DNA of 64,000 nt, taken from the NCBI GenBank assembly GCA_937625935.1, contig OW569349.1, positions 434,001 through 498,000 of the forward strand, in the 5' to 3' direction. Of this stretch, positions 9,484-21,061 are shown one piece after another; the first letter of the stretch is position 1; each line of letters starts with the position of its first letter. Source of the DNA: Tetramitus jugosus. Taxonomy: Eukaryota; Protista; Heterolobosea. The translations under genes were made by a program, and so were the position numbers. The notes beneath the pieces were generated by a model. The model was not told where the DNA came from and made no database searches. It was given only the letters and a program-made list of their open reading frames with translations.

Positions 9484-12400
9484 ATGCAGAGATTATTCAG
9501 TAATTTGAGAAAGAGTAGTAACCTGAAATCTCCAGACACCAAATCGCCTGACTCTCATGTAATTTCTAGTCCTCCGATGGAGGGATATGTCAAGGAGAAG
9601 GTCGATGATTATGAACGGCTGGTGCAGAGCCAGAAATATATCGATTTCAATGACATGCCACCCAAAGATGAACTTGACCGCATGTTTGAAGAGTTTCTAG
9701 CTGATTTTCTAGGTGATGCCCCTGGCAATGAGAGGAATATGAGAGAGAAGATGATGAGAGCTCAATCAGATCAGTCAAAGTGGAAAATTATTAAGATGAA
9801 CTCCACAATGAAGGTAAACATCATATTCGTATTCTATTAAGCATAGAAGTAATAATCTAATCATTTTATGTCCAGGATAAGTTAACAGAAGACAAGCCTC
9901 AACCTTTTCTCGAGAAAATGAAGAAAAGTCGATCTAGAGCTGAATTGTTAGAGTATCTAAAGAAACTTGATGTTATCATGGATTCCACGAATGTTAATTG
10001 GATTAGAGAGTTCATCCGATTCAAAGGGGTGTCAGTTTTGTTCAGCGGATTTGAAAAGTATACATCTGGTGTAAAGTAAGTTATCCTGATCAATTTCGTT
10101 TCACAGTTCATTTCATTGACTCTATGCATATTAGAAAGGACGAACAAGAGAGTCTCCAAGTTGTGTCACTCATATTGAAGATATTAGAGAGGATAATGCA
10201 ACATCACCAAGGAGTTTGTGAGTTTCTTAAAATTCAATATGGTATACGAGAGATTACAATGTCGCTAGCATCAAGTGACAGTAATATTAGAAATTCTGTC
10301 ATCTCTGTCCTGACAACTCTTGTGAGTCTAGACGATACCTTCCTGAAAAGAGCTAATTCCACCATTACGCCAGAGGGAGTTTACAAGTTAGTTGTGGATG
10401 GGATGGACTGCCTAAAGACTCATAAGGGAGAAGTCAGAAGATTTAGTCCAATTGTAAGATTAGTTCAAGACACAAATGGTAGCGATAAATCATCGTCCCA
10501 GAGTCGCCTAAAACTGTTCCAGTTTATTAGTGTAATGCTAGCTCTAGATGAGAGAGGCGACATGAGAGATGATTGTGAACATCTAGATTTTCTCAAAGTT
10601 ATTGAGGATATTGAAGAGAATATTAAAGGGTCGGAAGATTCTATTGACCAACAGATATTGCAGCACATTGAAGTGATACAATCTGTGCTATCAGAGGATA
10701 GAACAGAAGTAGAAACTGATATAGAAAAATTGATTGATGGAGCATCTTTAGATTATGAACTATCCTCCAAGGTGCGGAACTCTCTATCACTCTTTTTCTC
10801 AGTTCTTCGAAGTGGAACCATTCCAAGAGAGAATCTTATTGATGAAATTAACGAAATCTTGAGTGGGCAGGTTTCTCTCGCAATGATCAGGGAGAGAATA
10901 CGAGCACAATCCATCGAGCTTGTTTCTGTGCAAAGCGAGTCAAAGGAACGAGAAGAGGAGAAAAACAAATTAATTGGACAACTGAACAAGATGTTGGAGG
11001 AAGTCGCAAACCAGTTGAAGCAGCAAAAGGAAGTGAACTTAAAAAATTTGGAAGAAATTGAAGCTCTGAAACAAAAAATTTCCTCTCCAAAAGCTGAACT
11101 GAGCAAAACTGTTCATACATACGCAATCGAACAATTGAAAAAAGAGAATGAATTGATGAGACTGAGAGTGTCTGAGATGGAGACCGAGGTTCGTAAGTTA
11201 CAAGACCAAAAACTGAATGTTGATTGTCAGGGATTACCAGCAAACCCTCCTCTGGTTACCACTACTCTTAATAATACTGCTCCACCGCCACCTCCCCCAA
11301 TGAGTGGGTTCCTATGTCAACCCCAACCACCACTGGTGATGTCTGGAATACCGCCTCCACCTCCTCCTCCAATGGGACTGAACATGAGTAGAGGGCCACC
11401 ACTAGTCGATCTCTCATTACCTATGATTACTCCTCCACCAAAGATGAATGGAATTCCTCCTCCACCTCCTTTCATGATGGGAGGGTCTCAAATGAGTGCA
11501 CCACCCTCAGTAGGCGGCACCCCTCCACCTCCAATGAACATACCTCCACCTCCTCCTCTAATGGGTGGAGGTATGCCTCCTCCTTTACCGCCCATGATGG
11601 GTGGTCTTGCACCTCCTCCGATGATGGGAGGTATGCCTCCTCCGATGATGGTGCCATTGGCTCCTGTCAATCTCTTACCAAAACTCCCAACCAGCACACC
11701 AAAGGAAAAGATGAAAGCTCTAAATTGGGTCAAGTTGAGCGAAAGTACTGTGCCAAAAACGATTTGGATGAAGTCAGGAATTATTGCTGATTTAGGTACT
11801 GTCAAATTGAATGAGGATATGATCGAGAAATTGTTCTCGCAGAAAAAGGTGGAGAGAATAGAGGTGAAGGAGGTGAGAGATAGTACTCCAAAAAAGATTT
11901 GTCTCTTGGACGGAAAGAGGCAACAACAACTTTCTATATTTCTTGGATATCTTCGAAAGTCCAATGATGCCATCAAAAAGGCCATTCTTCAGATGGACAC
12001 AACCACTCTCGACCCAGAGACAATTGTAAAATTAATTAATATAGCGCCCACAGAGGAAGAAATAGCCTCTAACAGAGAATACGAAGGGGACGAAGCAATG
12101 TTATCCCCGCCTGATAAGTTTGTTCGAGAAATGATGTCTATTCCTCGTTTAAAGTTCAGATTGGAGTGTTGGGATTTTATGCAGAAGTTTGAGTCCTCTA
12201 TCTCTTCGCTTCAGCCAAATATCACAACAATGAAGGAAGCTTGCAAAGAATTGAAGAATAGTCCACTCTGGGAGAGTGTATTAACTACAATCTTAGCAAT
12301 TGGAAATTTCATCAATGGACAGAATAATAGAATTGGGAACAGTTATGGCTTTAAAATTAAGTCGTTAAACAAGATCAAGGATACAAGAGCACAAGATAAC

Positions 12401-13024
12401 AAAAGTAACCTCTTGCATTTTATCATTGGTTACCTGAAAGAAAATAATCCAAATTCCATTGAGTTCTTGTCGGAATTGACCAACGTCGAATTAACTTCAA
12501 AGGTGCCTTTCGAAACTATTGAGGTGGAGTTAGGAAAATTGAAAAAGGGCTGTTCTCTTATTGAAAGAGAATACAAACTCCAAAAAGAGAGAGATCCATC
12601 CGCAAATGATCGATTCACATCTCTTCTCCAACAATTCATTGATGAACAACTGCCACAAGTGTCGGTCGTAGAACAAAGTTATCAACAAATGCAATCAGAA
12701 CTGTCTAATATTGCAGAGTTGTACGGAGAGGATGTGAGTAAATTCCCAAAGAAACCAGAAGAGTTCTTTCAAGATCTCAGAGAATTCTTCGCTGACTGGA
12801 GGAAGACAACACTTGAAGTCCAGAAAGAAGAAGCCAAAGTTGTTAAAACTCAAGATGCCTCAACCAGTTCCCCTCCCCATTCTGTACAGGTTCAGACAGC
12901 AACTGATGATCCTGCAAAGAATCTTGCTCGATTGTTAGATCCTTCCGAAATATTGAAGAGAAGAGAACAAATGAAACACAGAAGAACAGGCACCATCCTC
13001 AAATCTAAAATACCAGCCTTGTAA
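9484..13024 (+). CDS. Diaphanous-type formin (GBD/FH3-coiled coil-FH1-FH2); exons 9484-9813, 9876-10075, 10135-13024
   Basis: Introns 9814-9875 and 10076-10134 restore the frame. Motifs: GBD-like NWIREFIRFKGVSVL, polyPro FH1, FH2 (MKALNWVKL, LLDGKRQQQLSIFL, ILAIGNFING, YGFKIKSLNKIKDT), basic DAD-like tail. Confidence 0.93.
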
Positions 13025-13032
13025 ATATTTTA

Positions 13033-14495
13033 CTAGCTCTTCAACTCGGCCAATAAAATTCCATTCATGTACACACTCTTACACGGTCCAATACCAACTG
13101 CAACCAGTATATCTTTTGTTTGGTTCTTGAATGTTCTCTGATCAAAACTCAACCACAGAATGGTTGAATTGCTCGTCCTAAATTTTGAAACAAAACTTCC
13201 AGAGATATCCCAAACATGAATATATGGATCACATCCAGCAGACAATATTTTTGAATCAGGTGTGAACGATACAAAGTTCGTGAACGATTTCGACGGTATG
13301 ATAGATGTAATGGCTTTTGATCGAATGTGCATAACACCTATAAAATAACCAGCTGAAAATGCAATCCAACTATTGTCTGCATCAACAGTAATAGAATTGA
13401 TATCGAACAAGTTTTGATCGCTACTGTTATTATCTTTGCTCATAGGATATATGATGTCGAGCAACTCTTCTGTTTCAATATCCCACACTCTAATGGATCC
13501 ATCGGTGCAACCTGAATAAATGAAATTGCCAGAGATGGCAATCGATGATATTCTTTCTTTCATACTACCACTATTGCTATTATTAATGTTATTATTGCCA
13601 TCATCATCACATGTCAACTTTGAAATCTTTTGTCCATTGTCGATATCCCACACATAAATGCATCCATCACCCCACACACTAAACAATTTTTCAGAATTGG
13701 AGTCGTAGCACAGACTGGTACACTCGGAATGCTCCATTGACATTTTTCGATCTGTTAAATAGTTCTCATCTGCTCTCAACTCCATTTCATAGGGACAACT
13801 GGACAATAACAATGATGTGGTATCCATTCCTGTTGGTGTTGAATGAGTGAGTGCTGATTCATGATTCACTGTGGTGGTGGTGGTGGTGGTGGTGGTGGTG
13901 GTGGTGGTCAAAGTAGCAACAGCTCGCTTTGAAATTTCGTCGCGAGCTCTTTGAACAATGTCTGAAAAATTCCAAAGCCTCACTTGTTGATCACCACCTG
14001 TCAACAAGTAGACAGTGGGAGAAGAAGAAGCTTGATTTTCTCTCGTGATCCACTCATGGCAATAAACTGGTCCTTCATGAGCTTGAAACACAAACTGATC
14101 AATCACATGTGATACACATGAGCAGATGTCAGGCGATGGATCCAGAATTAATATTCATACTTCTGTGTGTGTTGTTTGTGGAATGAAAAAAAAAACACAC
14201 ATACCGCTGGATAAATACTGTTGTTGTTGTTGCTAGACTGCTGTGGAACGAGGTGGTCAGAGAAGAGATAGACTTGAACTTGACCATGACTCGTACCACT
14301 CAACAAGTATTGAGAGTCATCACTGCTGCTACTAATAGGCGCCCAACAACTCCAATAGATGCGTTGATATTGACTCTGATTGTTCATCATGTGAAGTTGA
14401 TTGAGATAATTGAGTTGAATTTGAGTGGGATTGAAGGAGTTGGACGAGAGAACGTTGTGATCCGTCCAAGATGAATGAGTATTGCTGTTGGTCAT
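13033..14495 (-). CDS. THOC6: THO complex subunit 6 (WD40); exons 14495-14205 and 14094-13033
   Basis: Intron 14095-14204 joins YLLSGTSHGQVQVY...YPA to FVFQAHEGPVY...LLTGGDQQVRLW. WD40 repeats follow in the THOC6 pattern. Confidence 0.78.
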
Positions 14496-14797
14496 TGTCT
14501 GCTTGCAAAAATGGTCTGCTGGAGATTTGTTCAAGTGGTAAAAAGAAAAAGAAAAAATTGTTGGGAAGAATTGATCAGGCAGTACAAGTATTATTTACTT
14601 GGATCAGCGACAATTTGTCTCAAGGTTTACAATTCGGCATCATTCAATTATCACATGGACATGGAGAATGCCAACCATCGAAATATGGACTGTGGATTCA
14701 AGAAACAGCAATAAATATTGTGGGACGAGCAAGCATGCTGGTTTTTTTTACGATGAAACGGTTGTCGGAGCGTCCAACAATCCGAAACAAAAACAAA

Positions 14798-15948
14798 ATG
14801 CCATCCAGCGTTCAATCGGGAGTGAGTACATTTTCAAAGGGCAGAATTGGTATTCATGTGTAAGTTCCTTTTTAGTTCTTATTGAAATTTCTTTGGTTGA
14901 TATTAACTCAAACAGAGATGAGAGAAACAGTAATGACACTGGTGTGGATTGGGAGAGCTTAGAATCAAAGTTTAATCAGCTAATGGAGTTTTTGAACGCC
15001 CCAGTTCGAAATACAAGTACAGGGGAGAATGCAGTGCAACAGAGAGAGTTGCAACAAAAGAGTTTTGAGATTGGATTGGAAGCAATCATAGAGGTTGCTT
15101 TAAGCGAGACAAACATGCTCTTACAAATTGGCGATTTCCGCAATGCAATCACTGGAGGATTGAAAGCTTTAAATTTTGTTCAACAATTGTATGGATCGAA
15201 TGCAATCGAACAGATCGAACCTTATTTCCTTCTAGCGAAAGCCAATCAATACTTAAACAAGTATCAACAAACCGAAGAGTTCTTATCGATTGCAAGCTGG
15301 ACCATTATGAAAAATCCAGATACACCCGCTCATATTACTGCAGAACTTCACTTAAATTTTGGCCTCCTTTACGTGTCAAAAGGGAATATGGAGAAGGCAA
15401 CTGAACATTTGGCAACTAGTGTATATTATCTCGCCTTGCTCCATGGAAAAGATCATTTAGTGACGAGTTTTGGATATTTCAATTTGGGAAACGTGTTTGC
15501 CACCCAAGGGAAAATGGACAAAGCTCTCGACTTTCTTCGTAAGGTGACTGACATATGGTATGAAAGGTTAATAGGAAGTGTCTTGAAGGAGAAGAATAAT
15601 GCTCAAGAAATAGAGCCAATTGAGGAGTTAGAGAAGAAGAGTTTTCTGAAGAGAAAATATGGAGAGAAGAAAATTCAAGAAAACAATCTTGATAGTTTAG
15701 ATGAAGAGAAGATTTTCGAAGCAAATCGAATGTTTGAGCATATTTTGACGATTGAGTTAGATAGATATGGAGAAAGACATATCGAAACAGGAAGAGTGCT
15801 GATGGTTTATGGTTTGTATCATTATTGGGTGGGGGAAGTAGTGAAGAGTCGCGAGTACTTAGAGAGAGCTCTCAACATTTTCAAATATGTTCTTGGCGAA
15901 AAGCATGCTCAGACGAGAGAAATTCACCAACTTATCCATCGAATGTGA
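14798..15948 (+). CDS. ZMYND12: ZMYND12/p38-like axonemal TPR protein without a MYND finger; exons 14798-14859 and 14916-15948
   Basis: LYGSNAIEQIEPYFLLAKAN, EEFLSIASWTIMK, LHLNFGLLY and TSFGYFNLGNVF match ZMYND12. Phase-2 intron 14860-14915 (GTAAGT...AACAG). Confidence 0.78.
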
Positions 15949-15993
15949 GTAACTCTGTTTGCAATGTATCAACGTGAATTGAACCATATCTAT

Positions 15994-16792
15994 TTACAAA
16001 AGCTCTTTCATAGTGTTACAGAGTAAATTTGCTTCCGCTAATACCTTCATACAATTAGAGACTTCATCTAAAAACTGTTGTGAAGCCTGATTGATAGATT
16101 GCTCTCCTGCCTCTGTTTTTGTTGAGACAGAAACGTCCCAAATCGAATCTCCATTCTCTGAAGTTGTCCACGAACTCTCCTTTGGCAGTTTGTATGGTTG
16201 CTCAATGTCGTAGGGCACTAGTTCTAACTAATACAATAAAGTTAATTCATAAAACCAATGAGGACAGCGTGCATTGTATCCATACCCTAAGTAACACATG
16301 TTCTCCGTTAATGTATTTAATGTTCTGAAATGAACTTCGAACAATAGTGTCGAAGCGGTTGGAATCGGATATAGGGTTGCCCTTCAAGTTTAGGTCGATC
16401 AGTTTTGATAAGTTGGAGATTTGAGAAATTCCATCAATGCTAGACACCAGATTGCCACTCAAATCAAGCTTGGTTAGGTTTGTTAGGTCATGGAGACCGG
16501 ACAATTGTGATATGTCGTTGTTGTTCAACAATAAGGTTCTCAACTTCTCCAAATTGTTCAGATTTTCAATCACAGATATGAGGTTGTCCGACAGATCTAA
16601 ATACTCCAGATTCATACATTGATCCAAACTACCAATCTTGAGAATGTTCAAGTGAGATAGAGTAAGCTTCTTGATACTTGACAAATGGAACTGACCACTC
16701 ACAATCACGAGGAGCTTTTTGGAAATTTCGCAGGAGGAACGATCTAAATCGTCTTGCTTTCTCCTTCCAAGATTGTTGCTTGACGAGCTCAT
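15994..16792 (-). CDS. Leucine-rich repeat protein, LRRC61-like; exons 16792-16286 and 16227-15994
   Basis: SDS22-type LRRs (LEYLDLSDNLI, LLLNNNDI, LDLSGNLV, LNLKGNPI); N-terminal SGQFHLSSI resembles LRRC61. Phase-0 intron 16228-16285. Confidence 0.7.
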
Positions 16793-17382
16793 AATGAAAG
16801 TTGATTGACAATGTGCGCGCTTCCCCTCGATTGTTGACATGGTGTCAAAAAATCAATGACCCCAATTTCGCAAAGGACACCCCTTTCGTATATTCGCAAA
16901 GGTCATAATCTATCGGTTTTCAATCAGAACCTGACGCAATACTCTGCAAACATTCAAAGATAACGAAATGTGAGATTTAAGCTTCCAGCGGGAAGAACGG
17001 CTTGGAAATTTCTCATCAAACGTCTAATTCACCCGAGTTCGAACAACTCAGACCATCTTGCAGCAACTCTCCGTAGCCCCTTGTTGAGAGAGGTATTGTT
17101 TCTGTGTTCCTGTTTCAGGAGAGGTGTGGTGGTTATTTCTAAACATCACAACAAACACAAGCACACATCACATTTGTCATCACCAATACCTAATATCACT
17201 CCTCACACACATCTAGCTAGATTGAGAGTTAGTTGCAGCAATCGATCACTGAGACCTCAGAAGCACCACTATATATAAATCTATAATCTTTCTGTCATTG
17301 GAGTTGGACGCGCAATACTATTATATTCACGCTACCACTGCAACTTTTTTTCAACAACAGCAACGGTTGAGCTCGAGTCCCC

Positions 17383-19641
17383 ATGTTTCATCCATATAAC
17401 AACAACTCCAATCGCAACAACAGCATGGACCATAACAACACGAACAACATGACTAACAATATGAATAACACCAATATCAGTGGCAGTCACAGCAATAATA
17501 CTAATCATGATAACAACAACAACAGTTTCTACTCTAGTATTCATCCAGCACTATTGCCATCTCATCTCCAACAACAACAACACCAACAACAACAACAACA
17601 ACCATTACCAGTTCTATTCGAGCCATCATCATCGTCATCCGTGACAACAACAACGACAACAACAATCGCATCTCCATCTGAACTCGACAATCTATTCTTG
17701 CGTTTGAACTATGAAGATGAAGACTTGGTGAACTATCCGAGACGGTCCTTTTATTCATTGGAGGAAGGTGATGCCATGGAAGATTTATTGGAGGCAGGTG
17801 CATCGTTGGATGAAAGCGGTGAAGACATTATCCAACAAGTCATACTGAACCAGAGCAAGGATCACAAGAATCACACAGCCATGGAACATCATCAACAGCA
17901 ACCACCATTTTTGTTTTCGTCATCCGGTCATGACATCTCTTCACCAATGAATGCGACCACTGCTACTCCCACGACGAGTACAACAATAGCATCATCGTCA
18001 TCCAATATCTCCATGTATTATACTCCATCACCCATGATGACACTCAATACTACCTATCAGAACAACAATAACAATAATAATAATAGTAGTAGTAGTAGTA
18101 GTAGTCATGGGAGTGGTGGCTCTACTATGAACATGACAAATGCTCCCACTACTCCTACGACTGCTGTTGCTACCAGTGGTGGTGTCGTTTCGACTCTCTT
18201 GTCCTATCAGTCATCCAGAGCCGCAGCGAACAACAATATGACTACTACTACCACTACTACAACCACTGGTACTGGTAATAGTAGTAGTAGGATGTCACCA
18301 CTACACCACCACCATAATTCGAGTGAAATGGATGTGTCATTGTCTCCACGTCAGCACATGCACTATCATCCCTATCATCCATACGCTCATCCCTATCCAC
18401 AGCAACAACTGCTTCAACCGCAGCAACAACCATTACCTCATCATCTTCAACCACAACCACAGATCATACCGAACATGCACACAATGGGTGGTAGTGGTGG
18501 CGGTGGTATTGGTCATGTAAATACAAATGTTCCAATGATGTTTCCAACGTCGATAGCAACAGCAAATTCCAACCATCCCTATCTCCCGCATCATCCTCTT
18601 GTCTATGCACAACAGCCTCAAGCTCAACCTCCATTGTTGCATACTAGCACAGCATCGTCGAGTCTACCGTCACCTCGTTCTCATCAGAGCTTTGACTACC
18701 ATAGCTTGTTGAATCCTATTGTACCTCACGTTCATTCCAATCATCCACCATCATCCTCTCAACAGCAACATCAGCATTCATTGCAACTACAAATTGTACC
18801 TCAACAGCAACCACAGCAACAAGTTACCTCACCACGGTATTCAGCATCTTCAGCATCCTCACCACGATATGCATCATCACTTGTATATAACAACCATACG
18901 AACAGCAATAACATGTCCATGGTTCAACAACCGAATACGACAACAGCTGTCGTACCAGCCTCTCCCATCACTCCACCACCCTCCACTTCTCATACTTCGC
19001 CACCTGTTCTCACCAATATGGTTGTGAATAACAGCAGCAGCAGTCAAACAAACAATCATACGAGCAACAATAGTGGCACCAACAACAACAATAACAACAA
19101 CAATGGCCAAGAAAATCTCATTTGGCACGTGCAAACAGAGAGTGAGCTCAGAGAGAGATCCATGAGAGCATCTCTAAAGAGAGCAGGACATCCTCATCAG
19201 ATGAACAGTGGTGGTAACACGATTTTTGAAGTGTACCCCACAATGACTACGACGACTTCTACATCGACTGCTGCGTCAATGACTCCCTTGTCGACAACCA
19301 AGGTGAATTTTGGATCGTGGTCACCTCCTCCGCTCTCCTCACCGTCATCAGCGTCATCCACATCGTATGATTCAATGATTTTTGGAGAGGTGTCTCCGCG
19401 AACCAGTAACATCGCTAGTCACTCGTATATGATGCCTCACCTCGGTTCTCACTCCTATCATCAACAGCAACACACTGTTGATTCTGTTATAGTGACTTCT
19501 CCAAGGTCTAATCAACCAAGCACGCTGGGTCCAGAGTCCAGTCAACTTGTGGAGGTCAACAATTTTCACAAGAAGAAAAATAAGCCATACGATAACATGA
19601 TGAGCATCTTAGCACCAGTAAAGAAACCTCCGTCTGGGTGA
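17383..19641 (+). CDS. Low-complexity N/Q/S/T/H/P-rich hypothetical protein
   Basis: 752-aa uninterrupted ORF, predicted largely disordered; no recognised domain. Confidence 0.7.
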   Translation: MFHPYNNNSNRNNSMDHNNTNNMTNNMNNTNISGSHSNNTNHDNNNNSFYSSIHPALLPSHLQQQQHQQQQQQPLPVLFEPSSSSSVTTTTTTTIASPSELDNLFLRLNYEDEDLVNYPRRSFYSLEEGDAMEDLLEAGASLDESGEDIIQQVILNQSKDHKNHTAMEHHQQQPPFLFSSSGHDISSPMNATTATPTTSTTIASSSSNISMYYTPSPMMTLNTTYQNNNNNNNNSSSSSSSHGSGGSTMNMTNAPTTPTTAVATSGGVVSTLLSYQSSRAAANNNMTTTTTTTTTGTGNSSSRMSPLHHHHNSSEMDVSLSPRQHMHYHPYHPYAHPYPQQQLLQPQQQPLPHHLQPQPQIIPNMHTMGGSGGGGIGHVNTNVPMMFPTSIATANSNHPYLPHHPLVYAQQPQAQPPLLHTSTASSSLPSPRSHQSFDYHSLLNPIVPHVHSNHPPSSSQQQHQHSLQLQIVPQQQPQQQVTSPRYSASSASSPRYASSLVYNNHTNSNNMSMVQQPNTTTAVVPASPITPPPSTSHTSPPVLTNMVVNNSSSSQTNNHTSNNSGTNNNNNNNNGQENLIWHVQTESELRERSMRASLKRAGHPHQMNSGGNTIFEVYPTMTTTTSTSTAASMTPLSTTKVNFGSWSPPPLSSPSSASSTSYDSMIFGEVSPRTSNIASHSYMMPHLGSHSYHQQQHTVDSVIVTSPRSNQPSTLGPESSQLVEVNNFHKKKNKPYDNMMSILAPVKKPPSG

Positions 19642-19703
19642 TATTAGTAATCAAATATTTTGTATTTATGATTGTTGAAAGGTATGGTAAGTGCATTGCA
19701 TCT

Positions 19704-20882
19704 TTATTGTTGTTGCTCTTGTTGTTGTTGCATTTCGTTCACCTGGTTTCTATAGTCGATAATCATGTCAGAGCTGATTGTATAGACTGTGTTACAGTAT
19801 TCACATGTGGCATTCAACTCTTCCTTTGTTTCATCAATCTCCTTCACTTCCTGATCTGTTAATGAGGAAGAAAACGCTCTAACAACTTGATCAGAGGAAC
19901 ATCGGCACAAGAAATCAGTAGCTGTGAAGCGAACAGTTGACTTATCGAGACACAAGATTGGTTGGACACCTTCCTTTGGCTCACCATTGACTTGGAACTT
20001 TGAGAAGAGCATTTCGTGAAGTTTGGCTCTCACTGCAAGATAGTCATCACTATTGGACTTTGCTGTCGACTTCAATTCATCACCAAACTGCACCACTTGC
20101 TCTTGAATCTCCATCAACTGTTGTCTAGTTCGATCTGTTTGCAGTTCTCTTACTCCAATATCGTAATTCTTTGATGGTAGTTCCTGCACGATAATCGCAC
20201 CTGAAAACAATGAATGTTTTCCTGACAAATTCAATGGATCTTCATCCGGTATCGTTGTCAATTGAACCACTGTTGGTATCTGTTCCGATGCATGGAAGAA
20301 ACGTGTCAAAATTTCGTCCACTGATTGTTCTTCACTGCACTCAACAGTGCTCACAATCGGTCTCGCATGATCATACATAATCTTCTGAACACTAAACATG
20401 TTACTGTGACCGTGTGCGGACTCATCAATCGGTTCGAGATATCCCCTGACTTCTCCTACTTGGATCGCTTCGGCACAGCAGTGAACATTTCCCTTGTTCA
20501 TTTCGACGCGAATTCGTTCTTCACCCTTCAAAAACGAACACAGTACGATCGAACTACTCATCACATCACCCATCTCTCTCACATGATTCAACTGTGCAAT
20601 GTTCCATCGTTTGCATACTTCATTGAGAGCGTCTGTGGTGTCGAGTAGTGCCACACGGAAACGACCATCGATGGACATGCCATTCACACAGTAATCTCTG
20701 ACTCTTCGCTTTGTTGCATAGCATCGTACAATGGGAGAAGTCAATTCGGAGTTTCTGGGCTGTCGGACAAATATCTGATTGAGATTGTGGAGATTGAGTT
20801 GATCACGGAGTTGATTGCGCTGGTGGGAGGTCATGAATTTGAATGCATGATTGGCAGTGGTTGCTCCTCTTCTAGTAAACAT
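19704..20882 (-). CDS. hslO: Hsp33 (HslO) redox-regulated chaperone, putatively mitochondrial
   Basis: C-terminal zinc switch CRCS...TCEYCNTVY, plus SEQIPT and GAIIVQELP. The Arg-rich N-terminal extension resembles a presequence. Confidence 0.85.
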   Translation of the reverse strand: MFTRRGATTANHAFKFMTSHQRNQLRDQLNLHNLNQIFVRQPRNSELTSPIVRCYATKRRVRDYCVNGMSIDGRFRVALLDTTDALNEVCKRWNIAQLNHVREMGDVMSSSIVLCSFLKGEERIRVEMNKGNVHCCAEAIQVGEVRGYLEPIDESAHGHSNMFSVQKIMYDHARPIVSTVECSEEQSVDEILTRFFHASEQIPTVVQLTTIPDEDPLNLSGKHSLFSGAIIVQELPSKNYDIGVRELQTDRTRQQLMEIQEQVVQFGDELKSTAKSNSDDYLAVRAKLHEMLFSKFQVNGEPKEGVQPILCLDKSTVRFTATDFLCRCSSDQVVRAFSSSLTDQEVKEIDETKEELNATCEYCNTVYTISSDMIIDYRNQVNEMQQQQEQQQ

Positions 20883-21061
20883 GTTTTGACTGATCAAGTG
20901 TTGTTATGCTGTCGCTATGTTTGTTGAATGTTTTTTGCTGTGTTTGTTTGAACATGCAGAATTTCTTTAAGCAAAGAATTTTCACACGGAGGAGTTTTAT
21001 AAGATTCTCCCGATGGAGAGAAAACAAAGCATAAGAACATTGAGAGGGAGAGTGAGTCATC

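Noticed and set aside
14599-14797. ORF-track N-terminal extension of the ZMYND12-like gene, and its missing MYND finger as a novelty
   Set aside because: The extension starts at TTG and reads through promoter and intron; the spliced model from ATG 14798 fits better. As I recall, MYND-less orthologues are known in other protists (trypanosome TAX-1).
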